In this document: piece by piece, positions 43,149-54,400 of the stretch
How positions within the stretch are numbered: the stretch's first letter is position 1
How the letters are laid out: each line of letters starts with the position of its first letter
Translations under genes and position numbers: made by a program
Origin: an uncultured Phycisphaerales bacterium
GTDB lineage: Bacteria > Planctomycetota > Phycisphaerae > Sedimentisphaerales > Anaerobacaceae
NCBI GenBank assembly: GCA_963772725.1
Contig: CAVYYI010000002.1
Location: forward strand, 32,001-96,000
Length of the DNA: 64,000 bases
Reading direction: 5' to 3'
Notes under the pieces: generated by a model
Database searches by the model: none
What the model was told of the DNA's origin: nothing
Seen by the model: the letters and a program-made list of their open reading frames with translations, nothing else

Positions 43149-44861
43149 TTATAACTTCACTCCAGCAGGTATAGTTGGAGGAAGAAAAACATGCGAGCCA
43201 TGCACCTTAACTTTACGGACAAATATTTTGTCTCCACAAACAGCGTAGAGCATATCAAAATCAGTCCCGCCTAAAGCAATTACGGATACCCTGCCCCCTG
43301 GCACAGGCAAAATACATTGGTTATGCCCTTGCCAGTCCGAGGTCTGGATACCCATACGAGTAGCCGCATATAGAACACCCCTCTGGTCAACTATAACTCC
43401 ATCAGCACCGCTATCATCGGCATTATCGGGAACATGCAACCAATAGAAAGGTTCACGGTTGGTAAGCGAGCCGTCACTATTAATCTGATAACTGTACACC
43501 CAATGTGAACGCCCATCCGCTACATACAGCAACCATCCGTCAGGAGAAACTGCCACACCAGTAGCACTCCGCAGACCTTTGTCGACAATTTTTTTTTCAC
43601 CTTCAGGACTAACATGCCATATCTTACTTTCAACAGAATCATACGGTCCGGCAGTAACATAGAAACCACCATTGCGTAAAGTAGTAATTGCATGACCATG
43701 GAGGCCGGTAACTATTTTTTGGGCACAACCGTTTGCATCGAACATGATAAAATTTCCGGTTTGTTCCGATATACCATACAAACAGCCATTTGCGTCGGTT
43801 GACAGACCAGAGATATGTTGCGCATCACTTGAAAAATCATATATCCGGCCATCCGTTCCGATACGGTATATTTTATTAGCTAATGGCTCACAAAAAAATA
43901 TTTCGCCTCGGCGGTTCACTGTAATACCGGTAATATTGGAATAATTTTGCCCAACTATTTGCCAGTTCACATTTTCAATCAGAATATCCTGTATCCGCGG
44001 TGAACCAACCCCTGCCTTCACAGGTGCAGGCCAACCTCTCCATAACCATTCCATAGCTTCCGGGAAAATATCAGTGTATTTGTCGCAGTGTTTGCCATCG
44101 CTATAACGAAACTGATAATCGTAACCAGCATATTTCAAAGACATTTCTATTTCCTGGCTGGCAAGCCACCAGTTGCCGCCATTATTTACCATATCGTTAG
44201 TACCTACATGCATGAAAACTCTCAACGGTTTAGGCTCACACTTCCGGACAAGCACAGGAAATATGTTACCACCACGAAAAGCGACAAAACTGCCACTGAT
44301 ACAATACACACGACGAAAGGCATCCGGTCTCTCCCATGCTGCGTTAAAAGCACAGATACCTCCGCTGGAAGACCCACCAATACAACGATTATTTCCATCT
44401 GTTGAAAGATTCAGATTGTATGTTTTTGAAATATACGGGAGAATTTCGTCCAGAAGAAAACGTGCATAACTATCACCCAAACTATCATATTCAAAACAGC
44501 GATTGATACGATTCGATGCTTCTTTGCATGTAGATTTCAAGACACCGGGCTGAATAAAAACACCAACCATTATCGGAACCTTACCGCTGAAAATCATTTT
44601 ATCCAAAGCATTTGTAAATTCTGGCCGGAAACCATCCTGACCGATATACACACAGGCAGGTTTGTCAGGATTGTACTGTTGAGGCACATAAACCCAGTAC
44701 TTTCGTGTCGTTCCTGAAAATATCTTGCTATTTTCAAATGAACCTTCAATAATTCTACCTTTTGGTATGTCACTGAGATTTACATCCACAGGTTTATCAA
44801 TTGCCCCAAACGCAATAGAAGAAATTGACAAGTATACAAAAACAAGACTTTTCATGAGCAT
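43149..44861 (-). CDS. Secreted esterase (Fes-like alpha/beta hydrolase) fused to an SMP-30/gluconolactonase domain
   Basis: RKYWVYVPQQY, GSSSGG nucleophile elbow, then propeller motifs GVAVSPDG and GADGVIVDQRG. Confidence 0.85.
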   Translation of the reverse strand: MLMKSLVFVYLSISSIAFGAIDKPVDVNLSDIPKGRIIEGSFENSKIFSGTTRKYWVYVPQQYNPDKPACVYIGQDGFRPEFTNALDKMIFSGKVPIMVGVFIQPGVLKSTCKEASNRINRCFEYDSLGDSYARFLLDEILPYISKTYNLNLSTDGNNRCIGGSSSGGICAFNAAWERPDAFRRVYCISGSFVAFRGGNIFPVLVRKCEPKPLRVFMHVGTNDMVNNGGNWWLASQEIEMSLKYAGYDYQFRYSDGKHCDKYTDIFPEAMEWLWRGWPAPVKAGVGSPRIQDILIENVNWQIVGQNYSNITGITVNRRGEIFFCEPLANKIYRIGTDGRIYDFSSDAQHISGLSTDANGCLYGISEQTGNFIMFDANGCAQKIVTGLHGHAITTLRNGGFYVTAGPYDSVESKIWHVSPEGEKKIVDKGLRSATGVAVSPDGWLLYVADGRSHWVYSYQINSDGSLTNREPFYWLHVPDNADDSGADGVIVDQRGVLYAATRMGIQTSDWQGHNQCILPVPGGRVSVIALGGTDFDMLYAVCGDKIFVRKVKVHGSHVFLPPTIPAGVKL

Positions 44862-45141
44862 TTTTACATTCCTTAATTAATCTCTTCCTGTTATGATTAT
44901 CAGAATAAGTTGAACACGAAATCTTTTGTTACACTTTATTTATACAAGACAGTCCTACCTGGTGAGTATGCAATATTACAAACAAAAAAGAGAATTATTT
45001 TTTTCCACTCATAAGCTTTCCAATTGTTGGTTTCATAGCTGAAGCCCAAATAGCGCAACCTTTTTCGTTGAAATGCAGCATATCAGGTATTATAACCTCT
45101 GGCCAAGTGTCCGTCATTTTAGCACCTCACTCAAATTCAAA

Positions 45142-45214
45142 TACCCCCAAGGGGAATCGAACCCCTGTTGCCGGGTTGAGAACCCGGCGTCCTAGGCCGC
45201 TAGACGATGGGGGC
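45142..45214 (-). tRNA. tRNA-Glu(CTC)
   Basis: GCCCCCATCGTCTAGCGGCCTAGGACG-CCGGG-TTCTCAA-CCCGG...GGTTCGATTCC-CCTTGGGGGTA. Confidence 0.95.
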
Positions 45215-45228
45215 GGAATAATAGTCAT

Positions 45229-45302
45229 TAGCGGCGAGTGGATTCGAACCACTGACCCTGGGCTTATGAATCCCATGCTCTAACCAACTGAGCTACGCCG
45301 CC
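45229..45302 (-). tRNA. tRNA-Met(CAT), elongator type (Ile2 not fully excluded)
   Basis: GGCGGCGTAGCTCAGTTGGTTAGAGCA-TGGGA-TTCATAA-GCCCA...GGTTCGAATCC-ACTCGCCGCTA. Confidence 0.9.
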
Positions 45303-45349
45303 GACAACGCTTTTCAGCGAATTGCGTATAATCTACAAAACCTGCGATG

Positions 45350-45808
45350 TTATTTCAAGAGAATTTGTCCCGCCCGCAGTTTTTTAACTTCGGCATCGTA
45401 AAGCGTGCGGCTGGTGGTCAAGACATTGGCCGAATCATTGATATAAGCCGGCAGGTTTTCCGCACTGACGCCATTGACATTATAAGTTCGCACCTCCACG
45501 GCATTGCCCGTCTGGTCGTATTCGTATTTGGTCAGATTGTCATATTCATCAATACTATAATCCACCTTGCCGATGGAATCATAATGTGTCTGACTAAGAA
45601 CTGTATCGCTTATCGGCGTATCGTCGAACGGGTCGGAGTCATTATCCACTATTCGGCTTGTTTCGATAACTCTGCCCTGCGAATCGAACGTATTTACTGT
45701 AAAGACATATTTATTTCCGTTCACAGTGTCTTCATATACGTACCAGGAATAATCCTGACGACCGTTTTCATCATAATGTAAGTAATGCGTATAAACCGCC
45801 GAATTTTT
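45350..45808 (-). pseudogene. Internal Rhs/YD-repeat fragment without start or toxin tip
   Basis: HYDENGRQ, FDSQGRVIE, HYDSIGKV, TKYEYDQTGNAVE and TLYDAE repeats; open from 45808 with no start codon. Confidence 0.75.
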
Positions 45809-45885
45809 TTATTCAATTTTCAAATAACTTGACAATTTCCACACTTCTCTTTGCTGAATTTAATTTTCGAGAGAGAAAATCATAA

Positions 45886-46782
45886 TCAATCAAAAGGAAC
45901 TGGCATAAAACTCTTTTTTAAATAAAGACCTATCGGTCTCATATCAGCAATTTTATTCTCTAAAAGAATATTAAGCACTTTTCGGGAAACAAACCAGAAA
46001 GGCAATATATAGTAATATTCTTTTCCCTTGACAATAATCCTGTCGACTATTTGAAAATCGCCCTCAATCATATTGTCTCGCACATAAGTTAAGTTGCAAG
46101 CATCATAACTGATAATGGTTGAATGTTTTTTACACCAACTATATAAAAAAATTCTATCGGCTCTTTGTGACATAGCAGGGACAATGGTAGCAACATAGAA
46201 TCGATCCTCGAATATTTTTGCTTCTGTTTTTTTATCTTTTTTATACTCTATTAAACACGGTTCATATTTTAATCCTGTAATTCCATTTGAATCAAATATC
46301 TCTTTCAGCTTTTCAGATATTACGAATCTCGTACCAAAATTCCAAATATCGTAAATTTTAGCCAAGCCCAAACTTCGTATCTTTTCTGATTTAATTCTGG
46401 TTGGTGTAGTTATCTGTGCACCATAAGGACAAGCATCTGTTTTACATGTCGGGCGATTAAATTCGTAAGTAATATGTTCGCCCCAGTTTAAAACCCTCAA
46501 CCTAATATAGTAATAGTCGTAGTTACCAATTTCATCTTCATCAATCTCAATATGTCGAGTTCTGCCAAATTCATTTTTCTCGATTTTCAAAAAGTTATCA
46601 AGAAAAGTTACAAGGTCTGATTTTTTGGTTTCAGCTAAAATGCAGTCCTGACCACCTGCAGGATGTTGCAGAAGCTGTCCTTTGATATTTGCCGGCATTT
46701 TCTTTATCATCTCAGCACTTCCAAGATGGTTCCCTCCTCGCTTCTTTATTACAGGGCTGTACCAAAAGTATTCTATCGCCAT
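45886..46782 (-). CDS. Candidate immunity protein (Imm11/DUF1629-like repeated motif)
   Basis: Directly downstream of the Rhs tip with AAAGGTG RBS; FVISEKLKEIFDSNGITGL and FVSRKVLNILLENKI motifs; AT-rich. Confidence 0.6.
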   Translation of the reverse strand: MAIEYFWYSPVIKKRGGNHLGSAEMIKKMPANIKGQLLQHPAGGQDCILAETKKSDLVTFLDNFLKIEKNEFGRTRHIEIDEDEIGNYDYYYIRLRVLNWGEHITYEFNRPTCKTDACPYGAQITTPTRIKSEKIRSLGLAKIYDIWNFGTRFVISEKLKEIFDSNGITGLKYEPCLIEYKKDKKTEAKIFEDRFYVATIVPAMSQRADRIFLYSWCKKHSTIISYDACNLTYVRDNMIEGDFQIVDRIIVKGKEYYYILPFWFVSRKVLNILLENKIADMRPIGLYLKKSFMPVPFD

Positions 46783-48205
46783 TTAAAAACACCTTTTTAG
46801 TTTTTAAGTATTTTGTTGTTATCGTAATTTATTAGCTACTTTATTGAAACCATCTAATGTCCCATTCTGTACCACATAATTATACATAGCTACTCCCCAT
46901 TTGTATTGCATCTCCCAAGATAATCCTTGGATATATTCATACATGTGGCTCACATTGCCATATTCCGCTGGATTTAGTTTTACCGTTTCAGGTGCGCTCT
47001 GCGTAAATGAATGAATAATCTTTAGGTGCCAAGAAGGAGGCACTGGGATAGAATTAAGCTTAGAGTGAATGGCTTCCGAGCCAAATTTAGCAATATTTGC
47101 CTGTGTTTGCTGTACAAAATGATGAATCTGTCCATTTGCACCGAGACCTCGCCAGTAATTAACCAAATCTTGAGGAGTTCTGAAGCCTTCCTGCGCAGCT
47201 TGTTGAGCAGTGATAACACCGCCACCTGTAAGATAAAGCCAAAGAGAATTTATCGCCCAAGCACCTCCATAGCCAGCACCACCAGCGACAAATCCTATCC
47301 AAAACCATTTAGTAACAGCAGAAAGCACCTGTTGTGTTGTGCCACCCTTTAGAGCAACAGACCAGCCTGCTACATTGGCTGAAATCAGGCCTGTAATAGC
47401 TGCTACTTGCAGCATTCCTGTAAGACTAAAGTCCATCATTCCGCTGGGATCAATATTGTTTATGGGGTTTGCATGAGAATATAGATATTTATGGAGAGAT
47501 TGAGGATCCTGCCTGCTTCCTGAATACGGGTCAACCTGATTAAACAATCCGTTAGACGGATTATAGTATCTTGCACGATTGTAATACATCTGTGCGGAAG
47601 TATCCCACTGTTCACCTGTGTAGAGTAAATTGGTAGCTGCGGGAGTGTGCGGATTACCACCGAGCATTATGCCATAAGCATCGTAAGAGAAGCTATCGTT
47701 GACAGTATTTACATTAGATGCCATAAGTTGTCTAGTTGAACCATGTCCGTCATAGAGCAAGTATTGTGGATTGTCTGTGTTGGTTGCTTGCGCCAAAACA
47801 TCATCTCCGATGATATAGCACTTTACATTCGAGCCAGTGGTTTCCGTAAAAACCTGTGCATAGCCGGTAGGATTGTAACTATCGACAAGGTATCTTGTGG
47901 TAGTACCATCAACATTTTTCGATACTCGATTACCATCCGGGTCATACTTATATGTGGTAACGCTTGCTGTTTGTGCCACGCCGCTCACATAAGGTGTTGT
48001 CGTTACTTTGGCCAGATGGTTTTGTAAATTATATTCATAAGCGACAGTCTCAATTGTCGTATGAGGCGTTGACGTTGTTTCTGTAACCTTGTTTATTAGT
48101 GAGCCGTTGTCGTTATACTGGTAATTTATCGTTGTGTCGCCTTCGCTCCAGTGGCGGCTATCAAGCTGGCTGTAAAGAGTCGCACCATTGGCTATATTCT
48201 CAAAA

Positions 48206-49860
48206 AAGACTTCTGCAAAATGAATGATTTTTAGCAGAGGTCGGAACGGATAAACAACGCAATGGCAGTGGAACTGATGGATTATTGCAGCATGAGTGTG
48301 AATTTTGGTTTTTTTAAGGCCAGAAGGCCTGTTTAGAGACAGAGTATCCCCGAGAGTTCTGTCTTAGCTCTTTGAAAAGTTAATCGTTCAACGTCAACTG
48401 AGACATCAGCCGGCCTTGCGTCGGTTTGGTATTTGTGCGAATGTTTTATGGCAACGCATTTTCCCGGGCTGTTTAAGCAATATAGCAGCGGCAACGCCGA
48501 TAAGACTTGCCGTCAGATGAGCGATTGTCATCTGATTACGCACGGTTTTCAATGAATAGTGCGTAGTCTGTTCAGCTTCACGGTCTCCTAACCGAGCAAA
48601 GTATTGCTCAACTGATTCTCTTTGCTTGAAAGTTTCCTTAAATTCCCTTGAATCCCTTGGGACACGCGAACGTGCATCTTCAGTGATATCAATGTACTTG
48701 GTACAGCCGTAGCATTTGCCGGTATTGAAGGATGGAAGGTTTACCGGACAGGTGTTACTAAGTTTTTCAGCAGTCTTTTTGCTGACCTTTAAGGGGCAGC
48801 GAAACTTGATGCGTTCACGATTGCCCTCGGTCCATCTTCCGGTCGACCTCATTTCAAGACCAGCATCACAGATGGGACAGCCGTGAGGGCCAAAAGTCTT
48901 GTCATCTTTCTGATTTCTTGGGTTGATTGGGATATATGGGTTTCCCTTCATCTTTCCAACTATAAAGGTGTACAGGTCTCTGACATCGTAGGCCTTATCC
49001 GCAAGAAACAGAAAGCCTTTTCTGACCCTGTATCTGCGTTTGAGTTCTTTAAGCAGCTTGAAGGCAACCTGCTGGTCTGTGGTGTTGTTTGGCAGAGTTA
49101 TTTCAACAAGCGATATTCCTTGTTTTGAGATTATGACATGTGTCCTGTATCCCCAGAAGAACAGCATGTTTTCCTTTTTGCCGTTGAGGACCTGACAAGA
49201 ATAATAGCTCAATGTTGCAGCAGGATTTCGAGTGGGCGTCTTGGTTTTATCGGTGGTGTTTCGGGCGGGATTTTTGAGATTATTTTCTTTTGTGGCAGCC
49301 ATAACAGGTTTGGAGTCAATGATCAAGGTATCAAGGCTGACTAATCCCTGTTCGATAAGCCGCTGATTTAGACGGTAATGAATTTCTTTGAGAACAGAGT
49401 TATCGGTATCTGCCAAGAAACGATAGAATTGGGATTCGTCCGGCATATTCCCGAGCGTAAAGCCGCACAGTTCCAGCAGAGGCGGATTGGCTTGAAGATA
49501 TTCGATAAGCTCAGGGACAGATTTTATTTGCTGAAGATGTTTGACGATGAGTGCCTCTCAGGATGGCATGTCGTGAGTGACCTGTTCTGCCGACACCGAA
49601 GTTTCTGTCGGGCAGAATGGAAATATCGAGAGCCTGAAAGAGATAGAAGTACTTTCGCAGCAGCGATGAATTTCTGACAAGCTCCTGGAGGTCATAAAAT
49701 AGTGACGTTTGAACGTGGTACATAAAAAAATCTCCTTTATTTTGGTTGTAAGTCCTTTTACTGACAACGCTTACATAATATCCAAAATGGAGGAGATTGC
49801 AAGAAAAATAATGACATAAGTCGTTATTTAACAAATATTTATGAATTTTACAAAAGGCTT
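48206..49860 (-). mobile_element. DDE insertion sequence (IS4/IS5/IS1182-like) with a 13-bp target duplication
   Basis: Inverted repeats AAGACTTCTGCAAAATGAATGA / AAGCCTTTTGTAAAATTCATAA; TATATTCTCAAAA at 48193-48205 and 49861-49873. Confidence 0.88.
48406..49723 (-). CDS. DDE transposase with DUF772-like N-terminus (frameshift near 49555)
   Basis: AAGGAG RBS and ATG at 49723; IIDSKPV, FWGYRTH, LADKAYD and RESVEQYFARL motifs. Confidence 0.85.
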
Positions 49861-50573
49861 TATATTCTCAAAACCATAAGGAGTCAAAAGCATAAGGTAT
49901 GCGAGGAATACCGAAACACATCGGTGGAACAGACTTAAACGAATAACCGATTTTTTGGCAGGCAGCTTTGTAATTTTTCTTATCATAGGCAACAAGACAG
50001 GAGCAAGGAAAATTATTAATACTGACAGCATCGCCGCCAGATTTACTATTCTATCATATTTTATCGGTAAGCCCAATATGAAAGCTTTAAACGTTCCGAT
50101 ATTTCCATCGGCTCCCCTGTATGTAAATCCGCCATTACCGTTTGCATAAGCATACACCGGCCTGTCATTGACCAGCATTGCCCAGACTGGCCCATCGTGA
50201 ACCTCGCTTGTCAACTGGTCGCGATTATTATATACGTAATCCGTCCGCATACATTGCCCATTAGCAGAGATGACACGTTTAGTCCTGTTGCCGACAACAT
50301 CAAAGGTATATTCCTCGCTGTAACTGCCCGATGGACTGCTGCACGTTGCGGATTCGTTGGTAAGCCTGTTTAGATTGTCGTAAGTATAGGTGATATTGTG
50401 TGTCTCGCTCGTGCTGCTGGAAGTCTTTAATGTCTCACTTATCGTATGTCTCATACCGTCCGGATTCAAAGTATATTCAAATGAAGACAGCGAACCGCTA
50501 TGGACAAGATTAGTCAAGCGGTTGCAACTGTCATAAGTATAATCCGCTGTTATGCCGTTGGCAAGAACTGTTA

Positions 50574-51449
50574 CTACATTTGTTGTTTATTGTAAAACAG
50601 GTCGTAGCCCATTAGGAAAGCCATCGCAAACCAAGCTGGTCCTGCCCATGTATCCTTTTTAGATGTGTTAGTCTTCAACCATTTCTCAAGTTTTTTAGAT
50701 TGTTTTGTGGCAAAACCACTGTGTTGTGAAACAGCTTGCTGCTCTATGGCTTTGACTAATAACGTCGTATCGACTTCACCGCAACCAAGCAAATCTTGGT
50801 CTTCGTCGGCAATGGCCAAAATCGGCTCTTGAAGATATCTTAAGTCCTCAGGAAACGATTTTAATGCATTTGTAAGACGAGTTTTTTCTTTTACGTTGAG
50901 ACCACCATGTTTAATATTTTTTATCTTGGAACCAGTCGAAACACTCGAAGTTTTTTTTGATTGTGATGGTGGCATTAATTTTAAGCTTGTGATGATTTCC
51001 TCCGCCATGCTTTCGAAACTCTCACGGGAGCCGCCGCCCATAATGGACAACTCTACATAAGAACCTTGTAGGCGGTATAGAACTTGCCATGTGTAAAGGG
51101 TATATCCTTTGTCAAATATCTCCGACGATGTAAACAATTCCAGGCATCCCTCACCAAAGCAACATTTTCCCGATCTCTCAACTTTATATCCTTTGGGTAA
51201 AGTCTCCGGCCTATTTATCCGAGCACCAAGGAACACATCCCTAACTGCCTTAACCCCTGATGCATTAAGATCGAGGCTTATGGCAACCATCAGATTAGAC
51301 TCAGGTTTCCCACGCACGAGATTCCCTCGGAACAATCGCTGGGAACGCTGCTGCCGCAATTGCTTCGGTAATTTGATATTTATTTTGTCATCACTGTATT
51401 CAACAAATTCAATCATATCAATATCTCGCATTTTTTTCCCGACTATCAT
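50574..51449 (-). CDS. Candidate immunity protein for the NucA/NucB tip
   Basis: ATGA overlap with the toxin stop codon (alternative start 51431); no recognisable family, assigned by position only. Confidence 0.55.
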   Translation of the reverse strand: MIVGKKMRDIDMIEFVEYSDDKINIKLPKQLRQQRSQRLFRGNLVRGKPESNLMVAISLDLNASGVKAVRDVFLGARINRPETLPKGYKVERSGKCCFGEGCLELFTSSEIFDKGYTLYTWQVLYRLQGSYVELSIMGGGSRESFESMAEEIITSLKLMPPSQSKKTSSVSTGSKIKNIKHGGLNVKEKTRLTNALKSFPEDLRYLQEPILAIADEDQDLLGCGEVDTTLLVKAIEQQAVSQHSGFATKQSKKLEKWLKTNTSKKDTWAGPAWFAMAFLMGYDLFYNKQQM

Positions 51450-54400
51450 AAGGGTATTGGAACTACAATGAACGGCTGTGGTGTTCCTTTCAGCGTCCAT
51501 CTTGTAAATGCTCCAAGAAGTCCCCCCTGTAGGGCGTTTTCCCATGCAGGTACCGGGCGTGCCCATGCACCTGGACCGCCTTGTCTCGTGCATGCGTATG
51601 GGAACTCATCGAGTTGATAACCTGGAGGCGCCGCCGCCATCATCCATCCATATGTCCCAGTAATATATGCACGATTGAGGCCCGTTTGTGGATCGCCAGC
51701 ACCATTGTATGTAAGCATAAACCATTGTGGATGTGAACTCAATGCCCAGACATCAAACTTAAAAATATCTGGAGTAAACCTTTTAATAATGGGGAACAGC
51801 TTCATTTTTGAAAGGTCTTTAACCTTCTTTCCAATCTTCTCAGCCACATCCTTAATAGCTTTCGCTACAGCCTGCGCGTTACTAGTGAGCAACGTAGCCA
51901 CAGATGCGTAGCCAGCAGCAAGATAATCGCGAGACATATCATAAACCATATAGAGTATAGTTGCAACCGTAGCAACAACTAAAGTTGTTACGATATAAGG
52001 CATGGCATGTGCTATCATCTCGCAGATGACATCAGTAACTGTAAGTGTACCGACTAGCTCTCCATCTTTTCCACTCGGATCAATGACGTTCACAGGATTC
52101 GCATGGCAATACAAGTATTTATGAAGTGACTGTGGATCCTCATTGTTACCTGCGTAGGAGTCCATTTGGTTGAAGCGACCATTAAGAGGATCATAATAAC
52201 GCGTACGGAGGTTGTATTGTTTCAGTGAAGTATCATAATACTCGCCGGTATAACGTAAATTTGACTGCGGCGTACCATTGTAACCGACCAGCACGCCATA
52301 ACTATCGTAATTGAAAGTCTGATCCGTAATCAAGTTACCGTTGGAGTTAGTCAATTGTCTGACTGACCCAAGACCGTCACACAAGAAGTGTCCAACGGAT
52401 GTGCCGTTATACTGACTAATTACATCATCACCAATAGTGTATGTGGTTCGATTAGTTCCGTCACTTTCCTCTAAGGCTTGTGCATAACCAGTGTGATTAT
52501 ATGCATCGATAAGGAAAGTAGTCGTCTTTTCGTTAGTGTGCGTTCCGCCGCCGCGAGGCATATCATAGCTGATGGCCTTTACGCGGATTCCTTCGTCATT
52601 ATAGGTGTATTCCACGACAGCAACAGTTGTTCCCTGCTGATTGTCGGTAGTAACCTTATAGAGCTTATTTTGGAGATTATACTCATAAACAACATCCTCA
52701 TAAATCGTATATGGGCTGGTTGTCTGCTTTGTGAGTTTTCGGACACAAGAACCATTATCATCATAAGTATATTCGATGGTTCTATTGCCCGTACCCCAGT
52801 TGCCTCTGGCAATCTGGCTATACTGCGATGAAGCCTCCGCGATATTCTCAAAGCATGGACATATCAGCATCATGTAAGCAAGCAATACGCACACACACTG
52901 CCGCCAGAGTATTGACCTTCGAGATTGCTTCGGCCTTTTGCCTCGCAATGACAGCAGCGAAGGCAGGAAAAACGCTATCGGCAACAGCAACATCATTGCC
53001 CTGAACAGATATTGCGACCATATTGAAGGCAATCCCATCAGGAAGGCCTTGAAACTGCCTATATCAGCTGACTGGCCTAACATTTGATAATGCGTAATCT
53101 GCCCATTGCTGGCATAAGCATAGACGGGTTTGTTATTATAAGGCAGCATAGCTGAAGGTTCCGTGTGGATTTCCTTTTCGAGTTTGTCGCGACCATCCGT
53201 ATAATATTGATAATCAGTCGTTAAAGTCTGGCCGTTGGCGATAACCTCTCTGTACGTCCTGTTGCCAACGACGTCATAAGTATATTCCTCGCTGTAACTG
53301 CCCGATGGACTGCTGCACGTTGCGGATTCATGGGTAAGCCTGTTTAGATTATCATAAGTGTAGGTGATACTGTGCGTCTCACTCGTGCTGCTGGAAGTCT
53401 TTAATGTCTCACTTACTGTATGTCTCATACCATTATCGTACAATGTATATCCAAACGAAGACAATGAACCGCTATGTACAATATTCGTCAAGCGGTTACA
53501 ATTATCATAAGTATAATCCGCTGTAACGCTGTTGGCAAGAACTGTATTATCACGATTACCCACCGCATCGTAAGCGTTCGTCGTTACCTCCGGCATGGTT
53601 AAAGTGCTGCCGTCACGCTTGATTGTCTTTGTCTCATACAGCCTGCCCATTTCGTCGTAAGTATATTGTACTCTGGTTATATCGTTGTTACTTAGAGCCA
53701 ATACATCAGTTTGCAGATTAGCCGTTGTTGCATAAGACCGTGTCTCTGCCTTTCTACCGGTAATCTCATCAAAAATATATCTCGCAAATCCTTCCGGCGA
53801 AGAAACAACTATCGTCCTGCCTTCTGAATCGTACTCAAAGGTCGTAGTCCCGCGAGTCTCGATAATCTCTTTTCGCCGACCAAGGTCATCATAAGTATAT
53901 TCGATAGTTTCTGTCGGGCTACCAGGATAAATATCATTCTGTCCGTCCTGAGGCGAGACATCGACAAACGCATACAGCTTCTTGTAATGCAACTGCCCTT
54001 TGGCGTTGTATTCAAATTTCGTGTCCTGCTTTTCAAAATCAGTTGCCCTGACAATTCTGCCGAAATTGTCATATTCCTTGTGTTCGGTCTTGGTGTCAGG
54101 CAATTCGCGGGAGGTCTGCTGGTGCAATTCATTATATGTAAAGGCCGTAGTACGGGCGTAAGTATCAATTATATTCCCGCCCAGTTCATAGATGTTGTCC
54201 CTGCTTTCGGTAAGGTTGCCAAAATTGTCATAAACATATTCATATATCGGACTTGCATTAGTAAGCGTCGTGTCGTCGTGAACTGGGCTTTCCATCGCAG
54301 CAGTTTGAGGCAAAATCACCGCGGTAAGCCTGCCGGAGGCATCGTATTCATATTCTTTTAAGTCCTCCGCTGTTAGCTGCGCATAAGTCTTTGTTGTCTG

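Larger units (their letters stand above)
46819..50571 (-). pseudogene. Orphan Rhs core + HNH/AHH-like nuclease tip, split by an IS
   Basis: Rhs core YTGEQWD...YYNRARYYNPSNG.F...DP...NPINNIDPSG and tip QIHHFVQQ...N....H. No start codon; the frame is continuous once IS 48206-49860 and one target copy are removed. Confidence 0.85.

Noticed and set aside
50282..53545. Diversity-generating retroelement template/variable repeat pair
   Set aside because: Mismatches include many C/T changes and are not adenine-specific, no reverse transcriptase is present, and Rhs orphan-module homology explains the repeat.
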